Assembly (NCBI GenBank): GCA_937952285.1 | Contig: CALFZE010000130.1 | Location: 18,282 to 82,281, forward strand | Reading direction: 5' to 3' | Length of the DNA: 64,000 nucleotides | Origin: an uncultured Bacteriovoracaceae bacterium | GTDB lineage: Bacteria; Bdellovibrionota; UBA2428 | Part shown: piece after piece, positions 28,513 to 37,393 of the stretch | Layout: each line of letters opens with the position of its first letter | Position numbering within the stretch: the first letter of the stretch is position 1 | Position numbers and translations under genes: made by a program | The notes under the pieces: model-generated | Told to the model about the DNA's origin: nothing | Database searches by the model: none | Seen by the model: only the letters and a program-made list of their open reading frames with translations

Positions 28513-28945
28513 AACCCCGTCCGACGAAGCCGATCTTCGCAGCTTCCTCTCGGAGACCTTCGTCGTCTACATGAAGACGTACGCGCTCCACTGGAACTAC
28601 GAAGGGCCCAAGTTCTACGGGATCCACAAGCTGACGGAAACGCAGTACACCGACATCGCGACCGCGATCGACGAGGTCGCCGAGCGTATCCGCGCGATCG
28701 GGCAGCCGGCCCCCGTTTCGCTGTCGCAGATCCTCGAGAACTCGAGCCTCAAGGAGTTCCGCAACGCGCAATTCAACGACCAGGCGATCAAGGACCTCGC
28801 CCAGTCGCACCGCAAGCTGAGCCAACTCGCCAAGCGGGTCGCCAAGAAGGCGGAGGAAGAGAAAGACCTCTTCACGCACGACCTTATGGTCGCGCGCTCG
28901 GGCGCGCACGACAAGTTCGCGTGGCTGCTCGAAAGCGTCTTCTGA
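28493..28945 (+). CDS. dps: Dps (DNA-binding ferritin-like protein from starved cells)
   Basis: MNKETAKT... with ferroxidase-centre residues (HWNYEGPKFYGIHKL, DEVAERI). The RBS is AAGGAGAGAAC. The first 14 codons of the track ORF are an upstream extension. Confidence 0.8.
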   Translation: MNKETAKTPSDEADLRSFLSETFVVYMKTYALHWNYEGPKFYGIHKLTETQYTDIATAIDEVAERIRAIGQPAPVSLSQILENSSLKEFRNAQFNDQAIKDLAQSHRKLSQLAKRVAKKAEEEKDLFTHDLMVARSGAHDKFAWLLESVF

Positions 28946-28972
28946 TTCGCTTCGTTCCCGATTCGCCAAGGC

Positions 28973-29010
28973 GGCCCCGTCTTCCTCGGAAGGCGGGGCC
29001 TTTTTCTTTG
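28973..29010 (+). terminator. Rho-independent terminator after dps
   Basis: GGCCCCG-(13 nt)-CGGGGCC followed by TTTTTCTTTG. Confidence 0.6.
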
Positions 29011-29022
29011 TCCGGCGCCGAT

Positions 29023-29107
29023 GCGTTCGCGCCTCAAACGCGTTTGCACCTTAGACGCCTTCGCGCCTTACACGCGTTCGCGCCTTACACGCGTTCGCGG
29101 CGTGAGC
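29023..29107. repeat. Five tandem copies of a 17-bp unit (GCGTTCGCGCCTTACAC consensus)
   Basis: The units are at 29023, 29040, 29057, 29074 and 29091. The last copies overlap the final codons and stop of the P-type ATPase gene. Confidence 0.6.
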
Positions 29108-31787
29108 GCACGAACTTCTCGATGGCCACGACCGGCCAGACGATCGCGCCGGCCGCGATGGCCTTCGCCCAAGCCGCCCCGCTGAGCGAGGCCGTGCCGA
29201 AGAGCGCCTGCAGGAAGGGCGCGTGCACGAAAGCCGCGTGGAGCGCGACGAGCCCCAAGATGCCCACGAAGACGACCCGGTTCGAGAAGACCCCGATCGT
29301 GAAGACGCTGCCCAGGAGCGAACGGCAATTGAAGAGGTAGAAGATCTGAAAGAAGATCACCGTCGTGACGGCCATCGTCTGCGCTTCGCGCAGCGCGAGG
29401 GCGCCTTCGACGCCGGCCTTGAGGAGGGCCTCGTACTCGTAGAGGAAGAGCCCGATGGAGCCCGCCGCCATGAGCAACGCCACCATCACCGTCCGGTAAA
29501 GCACGAAGCGGCCGAGCAGCGGCGCCGAGGGATCCCGGGGCTTGCGCGCCATGAGGTCAGGTTCTTTGGCCTCGAAGGCGAGCGGCAACGCGAGCGCGAC
29601 CGTCGCGACGAGGTTGATCCACAAAATCTGGACCGGAAGGATGGGCATGAGCGCTTGCCCGTCTACGATGGGGAAAAAGAGCACGGCGACCAGGATGATG
29701 AGCGCCTCGCCCAGGTTCGTGGGCAGCACGAAGGCGAGCGACTTGACGAGGTTGTCGTAGACGCGGCGCCCTTCCTCGACGGCCGCCCGGATCGTCGCGA
29801 AGTTATCGTCCGTCAGCACGAGCTCGGCCGCTTCCTTGGAAACCGAAGTTCCCGTGATGCCCATCGCGACCCCGATATTGGCTTGCTTGAGGGCGGGCGC
29901 GTCGTTCACGCCGTCGCCCGTCATCGCGACGACCTGGCCCTCGGACTGGATGGCGCGCACGAGACGAAGCTTGTGCTCGGGCGCGACGCGCGCGAACACG
30001 TTCGAACGCATCGCGACCGGCCGCAGCTCTTCGTCGGAGAGCCGCGAAAGCTCCTCGCCCGAAACGGGGTCGGCGCCGTTGTCGAGGCCGAGACGCTTGG
30101 CGATGGCGTGCGCCGTCTCACGGTGGTCGCCCGTGATCATCTTGACCGTGATGCCGGCGGAGCGGCACTCGCGCACGGCCTCGATGGCCTCGGCGCGCGG
30201 CGGGTCGATCATGGCCTGCAGGCCGATGAAGTCGCAGTCCTTGAGGTCCGCGGGATCGATCGCGTCGCCCGCGACGCGGCGGCCCGCGAAGGCGAGCACG
30301 CGCATCCCCTCACGGGCGTAGGCCTGCACGCGCTCGACGGCCCGGGCCTCGAGCGCGGGATCCCCGAAGCGGCAACGCGCAAGGATGACCTCGGGCGCGC
30401 CCTTCAAGAGGAGCCGATGCTCGCGGGCCTCGCCCTCGCGATGCAAAGTCGCCATGTACTGGTGTTCGGATTCGAAGGGCACCACGTCGATGCGCGGATT
30501 CGCCCGACGCAGTTCCTCGGCCGAACCGGCCAGTTTTTCGAAGACCACGACGAGCGCACCTTCCGTCGGATCGCCCTGCAGGACCCAACGCCCGTGGACC
30601 GAGTTCAAGGTCGCGTCGCTACAAAGCACCCCGGCTTTGAGCAACGGCAGAAGCTCCTCGGGCAGGGCCGCGCGCACGCCTTCCTTCAGCAGCTCGCCCT
30701 CGGGGGCGTAACCGCCGCCCGTCACGCGGTAGTCCGCGCCGCCGGCCCAAGCGGCCTGCACCGTCATCTCGTTCTTCGTGAGCGTACCCGTTTTGTCGGA
30801 GCAGATGACGCTCGTGCTGCCGAGGGTTTCCACCGCGGGCAGTCGCCGCACGACGGCGCGACGCGAGGCCATGCGGCGCACGCCGATCGCGAGCGTGATC
30901 GTGACGATGGCCGGCAGCCCCTCGGGGATGGCCGCCACGGCGAGCGTGATCGAAGCGAGCAAGGCGTCCGAGATCTCGTAACCACGCAGCCACCCCACCC
31001 CGAAGAGCGCGACGGCCACGGCCGAGATCCCCACGGTCAAGGTCGCCCCGACCTTCGCGAGGGACTTCGTCAGGGGCGTCTCGAGCACGCTCGCCTGCTT
31101 CAGCATCGAGGAAATCTTGCCGAGCTCCGTCGTCGCGCCCGTACGTACCACGACGCCGCGGGCCGCGCCGTAGGTCACGAGCGTGCCGCCGTAGGCCATG
31201 TTCACCCGATCGCCGAGCGCGGCCTCGGCCCCGCTCACGCGCAGACTCTTCTCGACGGGCACGGACTCGCCCGTGAGCGCGGCCTCTTCGACTTTGAGGG
31301 TCTTTACTTCGACGAGACGCAGATCGGCCGGGACCTTGTCGCCGCTCTGGACGAAGACGAGGTCCCCCGGCACGAGGAGCTCGGCGCCGATCTCGACGCG
31401 CTTGCCGTCGCGCCACGCGGTCGCCCGCTCGGGCACCATGGACGCCAGCGCCTCGAGCGCCTTACCCGCGCGGTATTCCTGCACGAAGCCGATGACCGAG
31501 TTCAACACGACCACGCCCAGCACGACGCCGGCGTCGGTCCACTGCCCCATGAGCGCGGCGAGGGCCGCCGACCCGAGCAAGACGTAAACGAGGGGATTGT
31601 GGAACTGCCGAAGGAAAACTTTGAGCGGACCTTCGCCGGCCGCCTTCGGCAGGGCATTCGCCCCGAAACGCTCGCGGCGCGCCGTGGCCTCGGCTTCCGT
31701 CAGCCCTTCGGCCGCGCGGAGCTCCAAAGCGTTCAAAGTTTCATCGAGGGAAAGGGAATGGAACGGGATCGAAGCCGGATCGGACAA
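29085..31787 (-). CDS. Cation-transporting P-type ATPase (P2-type, Ca2+/Mg2+-ATPase-like)
   Basis: 900 aa with DKTGTLT (phosphorylation site), TGES, and GDGVNDAPAL motifs. Confidence 0.9.
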   Translation of the reverse strand: MSDPASIPFHSLSLDETLNALELRAAEGLTEAEATARRERFGANALPKAAGEGPLKVFLRQFHNPLVYVLLGSAALAALMGQWTDAGVVLGVVVLNSVIGFVQEYRAGKALEALASMVPERATAWRDGKRVEIGAELLVPGDLVFVQSGDKVPADLRLVEVKTLKVEEAALTGESVPVEKSLRVSGAEAALGDRVNMAYGGTLVTYGAARGVVVRTGATTELGKISSMLKQASVLETPLTKSLAKVGATLTVGISAVAVALFGVGWLRGYEISDALLASITLAVAAIPEGLPAIVTITLAIGVRRMASRRAVVRRLPAVETLGSTSVICSDKTGTLTKNEMTVQAAWAGGADYRVTGGGYAPEGELLKEGVRAALPEELLPLLKAGVLCSDATLNSVHGRWVLQGDPTEGALVVVFEKLAGSAEELRRANPRIDVVPFESEHQYMATLHREGEAREHRLLLKGAPEVILARCRFGDPALEARAVERVQAYAREGMRVLAFAGRRVAGDAIDPADLKDCDFIGLQAMIDPPRAEAIEAVRECRSAGITVKMITGDHRETAHAIAKRLGLDNGADPVSGEELSRLSDEELRPVAMRSNVFARVAPEHKLRLVRAIQSEGQVVAMTGDGVNDAPALKQANIGVAMGITGTSVSKEAAELVLTDDNFATIRAAVEEGRRVYDNLVKSLAFVLPTNLGEALIILVAVLFFPIVDGQALMPILPVQILWINLVATVALALPLAFEAKEPDLMARKPRDPSAPLLGRFVLYRTVMVALLMAAGSIGLFLYEYEALLKAGVEGALALREAQTMAVTTVIFFQIFYLFNCRSLLGSVFTIGVFSNRVVFVGILGLVALHAAFVHAPFLQALFGTASLSGAAWAKAIAAGAIVWPVVAIEKFVRSRRERV

Positions 31788-31979
31788 GGAACCTCCAAGG
31801 TTTTGGATTGGTCTTGCCCAACGACTCCCGGCGCCGGGAACCTCGCGGTTCCGTGTTGACGACGACGGGCCCTTTCGACTCGAAAGGGGGCTACTCCCCG
31901 ATCACTGACTTTGTTCAGGTTACCGAGCCCCGTGGGGCCAATCAAGCGAGATCGGCCGCCAAAAAACGAAGGTTTCCGC

Positions 31980-33005
31980 TCAGCTTCGACGCGCTTTGCT
32001 CCGGGAGGCGATGAGCCTTTGGACCCGGCCGTCTTCGTGTTCGTCGTAGATCTCGCCGAAGACCTCTTCGTTGATGTCTTCCAGGGTGACGATTCCCTTG
32101 ATGCCGTCCACGATAGCCAGGTGACTCCGCTTTTCTTGGAGGAGCTTGAGCGCGTTCAGCACGGACTCCGTGCTTTTGACGTGCACGGCGGGGCGCAGGA
32201 CGGTCAGCCAGTCCGAGATGCCCGATTCGCGGGTCGCGAGGATTTCCTTCGCGTTCACGACGCCGACGACGGCGCCGGCTTGCGTGACGGGCAAACGCGT
32301 GTGCCCCGCGCGAAAGATGAGCGCGACGACATTCTCGAGGGTCTCGTTCATATCGACGTGGGCGACCTCGTCCCACGTCACGTAGACGTCGCGCACGAGG
32401 CGCTTTTCGATGTTCGCCATGTTGAGCAGGATCTGGCGGTGCTGCTGCGTGAGGTGGGTCAGCTCGACGGCGGACTCTTCGGGCGCCGAGACGGATTTGC
32501 CCCGCTCGAAGAAAGTCTTCACGATGAAGCGGGTCGACAGCTCGAGGAAAGAAATGACGGGGCCCAGGACCTTATCCGCCACGATGAGGATGCGGCCGCC
32601 CCAGAGCGCGATCGCGGCCGGGCGCCGGAGCGCGAGGGTCTTCGGCACGAGCTCGCCGACGACGACGCTGAAATAGGTGATGGGCAAAACGACGAGCGCG
32701 ATCGAAAGAAACTCGGCCGTTCCCTCGCGCAGCCCTTGGCGGATGAGGAAGGGCTCGAGGGACTCGCTCGCGCCCGCGCCGCCGACCGCGGCCGAAAGGG
32801 CCCCGACGAGCGTGATGCCGATCTGAATGACGGAGAGCGTTCTCTCGGGAGACTCGCGCAGCGGCAGCAGACTCCTCGCGACCTTGCTGCCTTCGCGCGC
32901 CAAGCGCCGCAGCTCGACCTTGGGAACCGAGACGAACGCCATCTCGAACGCGGAGAGAAAGGAGTTAACGGCCAAACACGCGACGACGACGATGAGCTCT
33001 TCCAT
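31980..33005 (-). CDS. CNNM/CorC-family protein (DUF21 transmembrane domain plus CBS pair)
   Basis: The ATG at 33005-33003 was verified. The N-terminal DUF21 TM domain (MEELIVVVACLAVNSFLSAFEMAF) is followed by two CBS motifs. There is no CorC_HlyC C-terminal domain. Confidence 0.8.
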   Translation of the reverse strand: MEELIVVVACLAVNSFLSAFEMAFVSVPKVELRRLAREGSKVARSLLPLRESPERTLSVIQIGITLVGALSAAVGGAGASESLEPFLIRQGLREGTAEFLSIALVVLPITYFSVVVGELVPKTLALRRPAAIALWGGRILIVADKVLGPVISFLELSTRFIVKTFFERGKSVSAPEESAVELTHLTQQHRQILLNMANIEKRLVRDVYVTWDEVAHVDMNETLENVVALIFRAGHTRLPVTQAGAVVGVVNAKEILATRESGISDWLTVLRPAVHVKSTESVLNALKLLQEKRSHLAIVDGIKGIVTLEDINEEVFGEIYDEHEDGRVQRLIASRSKARRS

Positions 33006-33170
33006 TGGGGGCGACTCGTTTGTAGCACAAATTCGCTCCCTCCGTCGCCCCGTCCGCCCCCGCGGCCCGCCCAACGCCGCGCGAAAGCGCTTTTTTATTA
33101 ACAAGTTACAAAAAACTTTGGTGCGCCCGACGGCCTCGACAAGGGCGACCGGGGAGAGGATCTTCTTGGG

Positions 33171-33827
33171 ATGAAGAAGAAGCTCGTCCTCTTCGACTGC
33201 GACGGAACCTTGCTCGATACCGAGATCATCCTCGCGCGCGTCTTTCTTTCGACTTGGGCCGAGCGCGGGGTCCACATGAGCCTCGAGGACTACACGCGGC
33301 TCTTCGTGGGCACCGGCCACGACGCTCCCGTCGTGCGCGAGACGTGGGAGCGCATGCCGCCCGACACCGAAGCGCTCTGCCACGCGCGCTGCGCGGAGGC
33401 TTTCCGCACCGAGCTTCGCGCCGTAAGGGGTATCCCCGAGCTACTCGCGAAACTCGGCCCCGAAATGGAGACTTGCGTGGCCTCCAATAGCTCGGCGCCC
33501 TACCTTAAAAATGTCCTCGCGATGACGAAGCTCGACGCCTTCTTCGGCGATCGCGTCTACAGCGCCCACGTGGTGGGGCGCGCCAAGCCCGCGCCCGATC
33601 TCTTCCGGCACGCCGCGCAAAACCTCGGCTACGCGCCCGATCGCTGCCTCGTCGTGGAAGACAGCCCGGCGGGCATCCGCGCCGCCCGCGCGGCGGGCAT
33701 GCGGGTTATCGCGTTCGTGGCCGGTGGCCACTGCCGACCGAGCGTCGTCGAGCGGCTGCGCGGCGAGGGCCCCGATGGCCTGGTCGAGGACGCCGAGCAG
33801 CTCGCGCGTCTCATCGAAGCGTTCTAG
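33171..33827 (+). CDS. HAD-superfamily hydrolase (phosphatase-like)
   Basis: Motif I LVLFDCDGTLLDT; motif IV VEDSPAGIRAARAAGM. Confidence 0.8.
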   Translation: MKKKLVLFDCDGTLLDTEIILARVFLSTWAERGVHMSLEDYTRLFVGTGHDAPVVRETWERMPPDTEALCHARCAEAFRTELRAVRGIPELLAKLGPEMETCVASNSSAPYLKNVLAMTKLDAFFGDRVYSAHVVGRAKPAPDLFRHAAQNLGYAPDRCLVVEDSPAGIRAARAAGMRVIAFVAGGHCRPSVVERLRGEGPDGLVEDAEQLARLIEAF

Positions 33828-33860
33828 AAGAGGGCCGCTTCGAAACCCCGGCGGGCACGC

Positions 33861-34832
33861 TTAGCGGGCCGCGCGGCGATGACGAGCGCGCGCCAGTTTC
33901 GCGGGGCCGAAGGTGTCGAGCGCGGCCAGCGCGTTGTGGGCGAGGCAGCGCAGCCGCAGGTTCTCGGGCGTTTGCGTGCCGCCGAGCGCAAAAGCATGGA
34001 TATGATCAAATTGCAGTCCGCTCCGCGTCTCGCAGCTACGCCCCGTGCGGGGATCACGGTAGGTGCAGCGTCCTTCGTCGCGAGTCCAGACTTCGCGGCG
34101 CACTTGTGCCGGAACGTAGCGCGAAGCTTTCTTCGTCTTCATCTCCACCGGCGGAGGTGAATCCGCGCGCGGAATTTCGCAGGTCGAAGGCTTGGAAAAT
34201 CTCGCGCGCTCGCGAACCAAGGTTTTTCCTACGCAATAGGCGATGACTTCTTTAAGGCTCATCCCCGGCTTCGAGCCCGCGAGAAAGGCCTTCATCTCTT
34301 CAAGATTCTGGAGAAGCTCCTCATCCAGTACGAGATTCAAAGCGTGGTGCGTCGGCGAGACCTGTCGAAGCTTCTCCCGAATGAGCTTCGCCGGTTCCGT
34401 GGCCCGGCCCACCAACTCACGCTCCACTTCCCGGCGGGACTTACCCACGAGGGTGGCCAAAACCTCTCGCTTCGCTTCGGCGCTTTCGATCTTCTCCGTC
34501 CGAAAGAAGCTTTGCGCCTGCGACAGGGTGGATAGCGGCAGCGATCCCTCTTCAACCTTCGTTTCGAGTTCCGGCAGATCCCGCAAGAGGCGCATACTTG
34601 CAATACGCCGGTGAGCGGCTCCCTCGCTATACCCAAGCTCTTTCACGACATATTCGTAAAGGCTACTATAGCCGAGCCTGGCGAAGAGGTAGCGACGCTC
34701 GACTTCGCGCAGGTGCCGGAGCACCCGGACCGTGAGTTCGCGCTCCTGCTGCGCGAGTCCCTTCAAGGTTTCAAGCAGCAAATTATCCGAGAGCCTCTGC
34801 ACTTCCGTCGTCATAGACAGAAGTCCTAGCAC
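33861..34832 (-). CDS. DUF222 domain plus HNH endonuclease protein (REP13E12-like)
   Basis: The C-terminal HNH motif is LQFDHIHAFALGG...NLRLRCLAHN. The N-terminal domain resembles DUF222 of the actinobacterial 13E12-repeat HNH proteins. Confidence 0.7.
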   Translation of the reverse strand: MLGLLSMTTEVQRLSDNLLLETLKGLAQQERELTVRVLRHLREVERRYLFARLGYSSLYEYVVKELGYSEGAAHRRIASMRLLRDLPELETKVEEGSLPLSTLSQAQSFFRTEKIESAEAKREVLATLVGKSRREVERELVGRATEPAKLIREKLRQVSPTHHALNLVLDEELLQNLEEMKAFLAGSKPGMSLKEVIAYCVGKTLVRERARFSKPSTCEIPRADSPPPVEMKTKKASRYVPAQVRREVWTRDEGRCTYRDPRTGRSCETRSGLQFDHIHAFALGGTQTPENLRLRCLAHNALAALDTFGPAKLARARHRRAAR

Positions 34833-35088
34833 GCCTTTTTAGCGCGAGATTTTTCGCGTTAAACGCCCCGAAGATCTCCGAGGCCCCGCTTTCCGACGAA
34901 AACGGTTTTTCGTTCGCGATCCGCGCCCCACGCCGAATACGCGGCGGCACAATCCAAACCCGCGCACGAATAGCGGCCCACGCCTCGACCTACGCAAAAC
35001 GCCGTCAAGCGCGCACGAAAAAATAGTTTCCGTTGAGACGATGCGAGAGATCCGCTCCGCCGCGCTTCGGCCCGAGGGATAGGGCGCC

Positions 35089-35973
35089 TCAACCCTGGAC
35101 TTTGCCGACGCGCACGAGCTCGTGCACGAGCAGGTCGTCGATCTCGTCCTGCGCGATGACGGTGCGGCCCAGACCGTGTTGACGCGCGAGACGGCGGTTC
35201 TTGCGGAGCGAAAGCTCGAAGAAGACGCGCAAAGTCTTCAGATCGCGTTCGATCGTCGGGTAGTGAAACGGCGGGATCTCGAGATTCTCGAGCAGCGCGA
35301 TCGCGAGGGCCTCGGTCAGACCGCCCCGCGTTCCGCGCAGGTAGGCGCGCACCCGCGCGAGCCACGCCTCGGAAAGCACGACCGTATCGTCGCGGCCACG
35401 GCGAAAGCGCAGGAAACGCGCCGGTCGCTCGAAGCGCGCCAGGCTCTCGCGGGTCACGGCGTTCGGCGGCACGAGCCAAAGCAGGCGGAGCAAAGATCCG
35501 TAGGCCGCGCGCGCGAGGCGGCGGGCCTTGAAGCTGCCGTAGACCTCGTAGGGTTTGAAATCCGGGTGCCCGGCCGGGCGCGAGGTGAAGCGCAGCTCCA
35601 CGCCGTGCGGCCGCACGCGGAGCGCCAGGAAGCAGTAGCCTTCGGGCGACTTGTTCACGACGTTGTAGAAGGGGCGATACCGGCGCAGGAGCTCGTTCTC
35701 GCGCAGGAGCGCCGCCGCCTCGCTCGCGCATTCCTCGATGCGGACGGCGTGGGCTTGGCGCAAGAGACGCTGCACTTTGCGCGACACGCTCTCGGCCGTC
35801 GCGCGTTTGTAGGATTGGAGGCGCGCGCGGAGGTCCTTGGCCTTGCCGACGTAGAGAATCGTACCGCTCTCGCCCAGGAAGGTGTAAACGCCCGGCGTGC
35901 GCGGAAGTCCCCGGAAGAAATCCGCCCCTACCCGCCGGAGCAAAGCGTTCTCGAAGGAAAGCTCGGGCCGCAT
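35089..35973 (-). CDS. cho: Cho (UvrC-homologue) GIY-YIG excinuclease
   Basis: PRTPGVYTFLGESGTILYVGKAKDLRARLQSY aligns closely with E. coli Cho PTRPGVYLFHGESDTMPLYIGKSVNIRSRVLSH. The 294-aa length also matches. Confidence 0.75.
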   Translation of the reverse strand: MRPELSFENALLRRVGADFFRGLPRTPGVYTFLGESGTILYVGKAKDLRARLQSYKRATAESVSRKVQRLLRQAHAVRIEECASEAAALLRENELLRRYRPFYNVVNKSPEGYCFLALRVRPHGVELRFTSRPAGHPDFKPYEVYGSFKARRLARAAYGSLLRLLWLVPPNAVTRESLARFERPARFLRFRRGRDDTVVLSEAWLARVRAYLRGTRGGLTEALAIALLENLEIPPFHYPTIERDLKTLRVFFELSLRKNRRLARQHGLGRTVIAQDEIDDLLVHELVRVGKVQG

Positions 35974-36056
35974 GCCGCCAGCTTAGCCAAAGGCGCGCCG
36001 AAAACGAGAGGCTTTCACGCTCCCCGAAAGCCGCGACGCGCGCTAAGATCGGCACG

Positions 36057-36557
36057 ATGGAACAAGTCTTCGGCCCCCTTCGTTTTGCCCCCGTCGATTT
36101 GTCGCGGCACGAAGAAATCTGCCGCCGCTTTCGCGCCGATTCCTTCGCCGTGTCCTTTGGCGACGCGAGCCGCTTTCACGAGGAAGATGGCCTCGGCGGA
36201 GATCGCTACGTCGAATGGCTTCGCGGCAAGCAGGCGCGGGATCCCGCCTCGGTCGTCCACGTTTGGCAGGGCGACGAGATCATCGGACAAATGGAGCTCG
36301 GGCGTCTACGCGGCTTGGAAGGCGTGGGCTACGTGAATCTCTACTACCTGGCCCCCGCGCATCGCGGCCGGGGCCTTGCCAAGCATCTCGACGAATACGC
36401 CGCTTCGTACCTGCGCGGGCTCGGTTTTACGAAGGCGCAACTCTCCGTGAGTCCTTCGAACGCCCGGGCCATCGCTTACTACCAAAAAATGGGATGGCGT
36501 GACCTGGGACCGCGGGCCGACGAACCCAGCGTCCACTCCATGGAAAAAGATCTCTAA
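36057..36557 (+). CDS. GNAT-family N-acetyltransferase
   Basis: 166 aa with the acetyl-CoA-binding motif RGRGLAKHL. Confidence 0.75.
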   Translation: MEQVFGPLRFAPVDLSRHEEICRRFRADSFAVSFGDASRFHEEDGLGGDRYVEWLRGKQARDPASVVHVWQGDEIIGQMELGRLRGLEGVGYVNLYYLAPAHRGRGLAKHLDEYAASYLRGLGFTKAQLSVSPSNARAIAYYQKMGWRDLGPRADEPSVHSMEKDL

Positions 36558-36677
36558 AATGGGGCATCGCGCCACGGCGAATTCCGTTTAGGCGCCTTTC
36601 GACTGAGCCCGGAAAAAGTGAGCGTCGCGCTTCGCGCGCCGGGTGCGCCCCCACCTTTTGGGCTATCCTCGGGCGCC

Positions 36678-37382
36678 ATGAGCGAAGCCTCGATCGAACT
36701 CACGAACGTCGTCAAAGAATACCAGCTCGGCAAGGTCACCGTGCCGGCCCTCAAGCAAGTGAGCTTGCGCATCGAGAACGGCGAATTCACCGTCATCGCC
36801 GGCCCGTCGGGCAGCGGCAAGACGACGCTCCTGAACCTCATCGGCTGCGTGGACCTCGCCACGCGCGGGAACGTCGTGGTGAGCGGCAAGGACACGGCCC
36901 AGCTCACGGAGCGCGAGCTCACGGACCTGCGCTTGCACCGCATCGGTTTTATCTTTCAATCCTTCAACTTGATCTCCGTGCTGAACGTCTACGACAACGT
37001 CGAGTTCCCCCTCCTCTTGATGAAGGACCTCGACGCGAAGGAACGCCGGGAGCGGGTCCTCCACTTTATCCATAAAGTCGGCCTGCAAGACCACATGAAG
37101 CATCGTCCGAACGAGCTTTCGGGCGGCCAGCGCCAGCGCGTCGCGATCGCGCGCGCGCTCGTCACGAAACCGCGCATCGTCCTCGCCGACGAGCCCACCG
37201 CGAACCTCGATTCGCAGACGGGCCAGAGCATCCTCGACCTCATGAAGCACATCAACGAGAGCGAAAAGACGACCTTCCTCTTTTCGACGCACGACGATCG
37301 CGTCATCCGCCAGGCCCGCCGCATCGTCAAGCTGCGCGACGGCGCGATCGAGTCGCTCGGTCTCGAAGGCCGCGCGAACTAG
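36678..37382 (+). CDS. ABC transporter ATP-binding protein (LolD/MacB-type)
   Basis: Walker A GPSGSGKTTLLN, signature LSGGQRQRVAIARAL, Walker B IVLADEPT. The start is taken at MSEASIELTNV; the track ORF begins 60 nt upstream. Confidence 0.9.
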   Translation: MSEASIELTNVVKEYQLGKVTVPALKQVSLRIENGEFTVIAGPSGSGKTTLLNLIGCVDLATRGNVVVSGKDTAQLTERELTDLRLHRIGFIFQSFNLISVLNVYDNVEFPLLLMKDLDAKERRERVLHFIHKVGLQDHMKHRPNELSGGQRQRVAIARALVTKPRIVLADEPTANLDSQTGQSILDLMKHINESEKTTFLFSTHDDRVIRQARRIVKLRDGAIESLGLEGRAN

Positions 37383-37393
37383 GGGAGCCTGGG

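Noticed and set aside
31868-31890. Palindrome CCCTTTCGA-C-TCGAAAGGG upstream of the P-type ATPase, considered as a terminator for the CorC-like gene.
   Set aside because: There is no U-tract on the relevant strand and only a single occurrence, so evidence is insufficient to call a feature.
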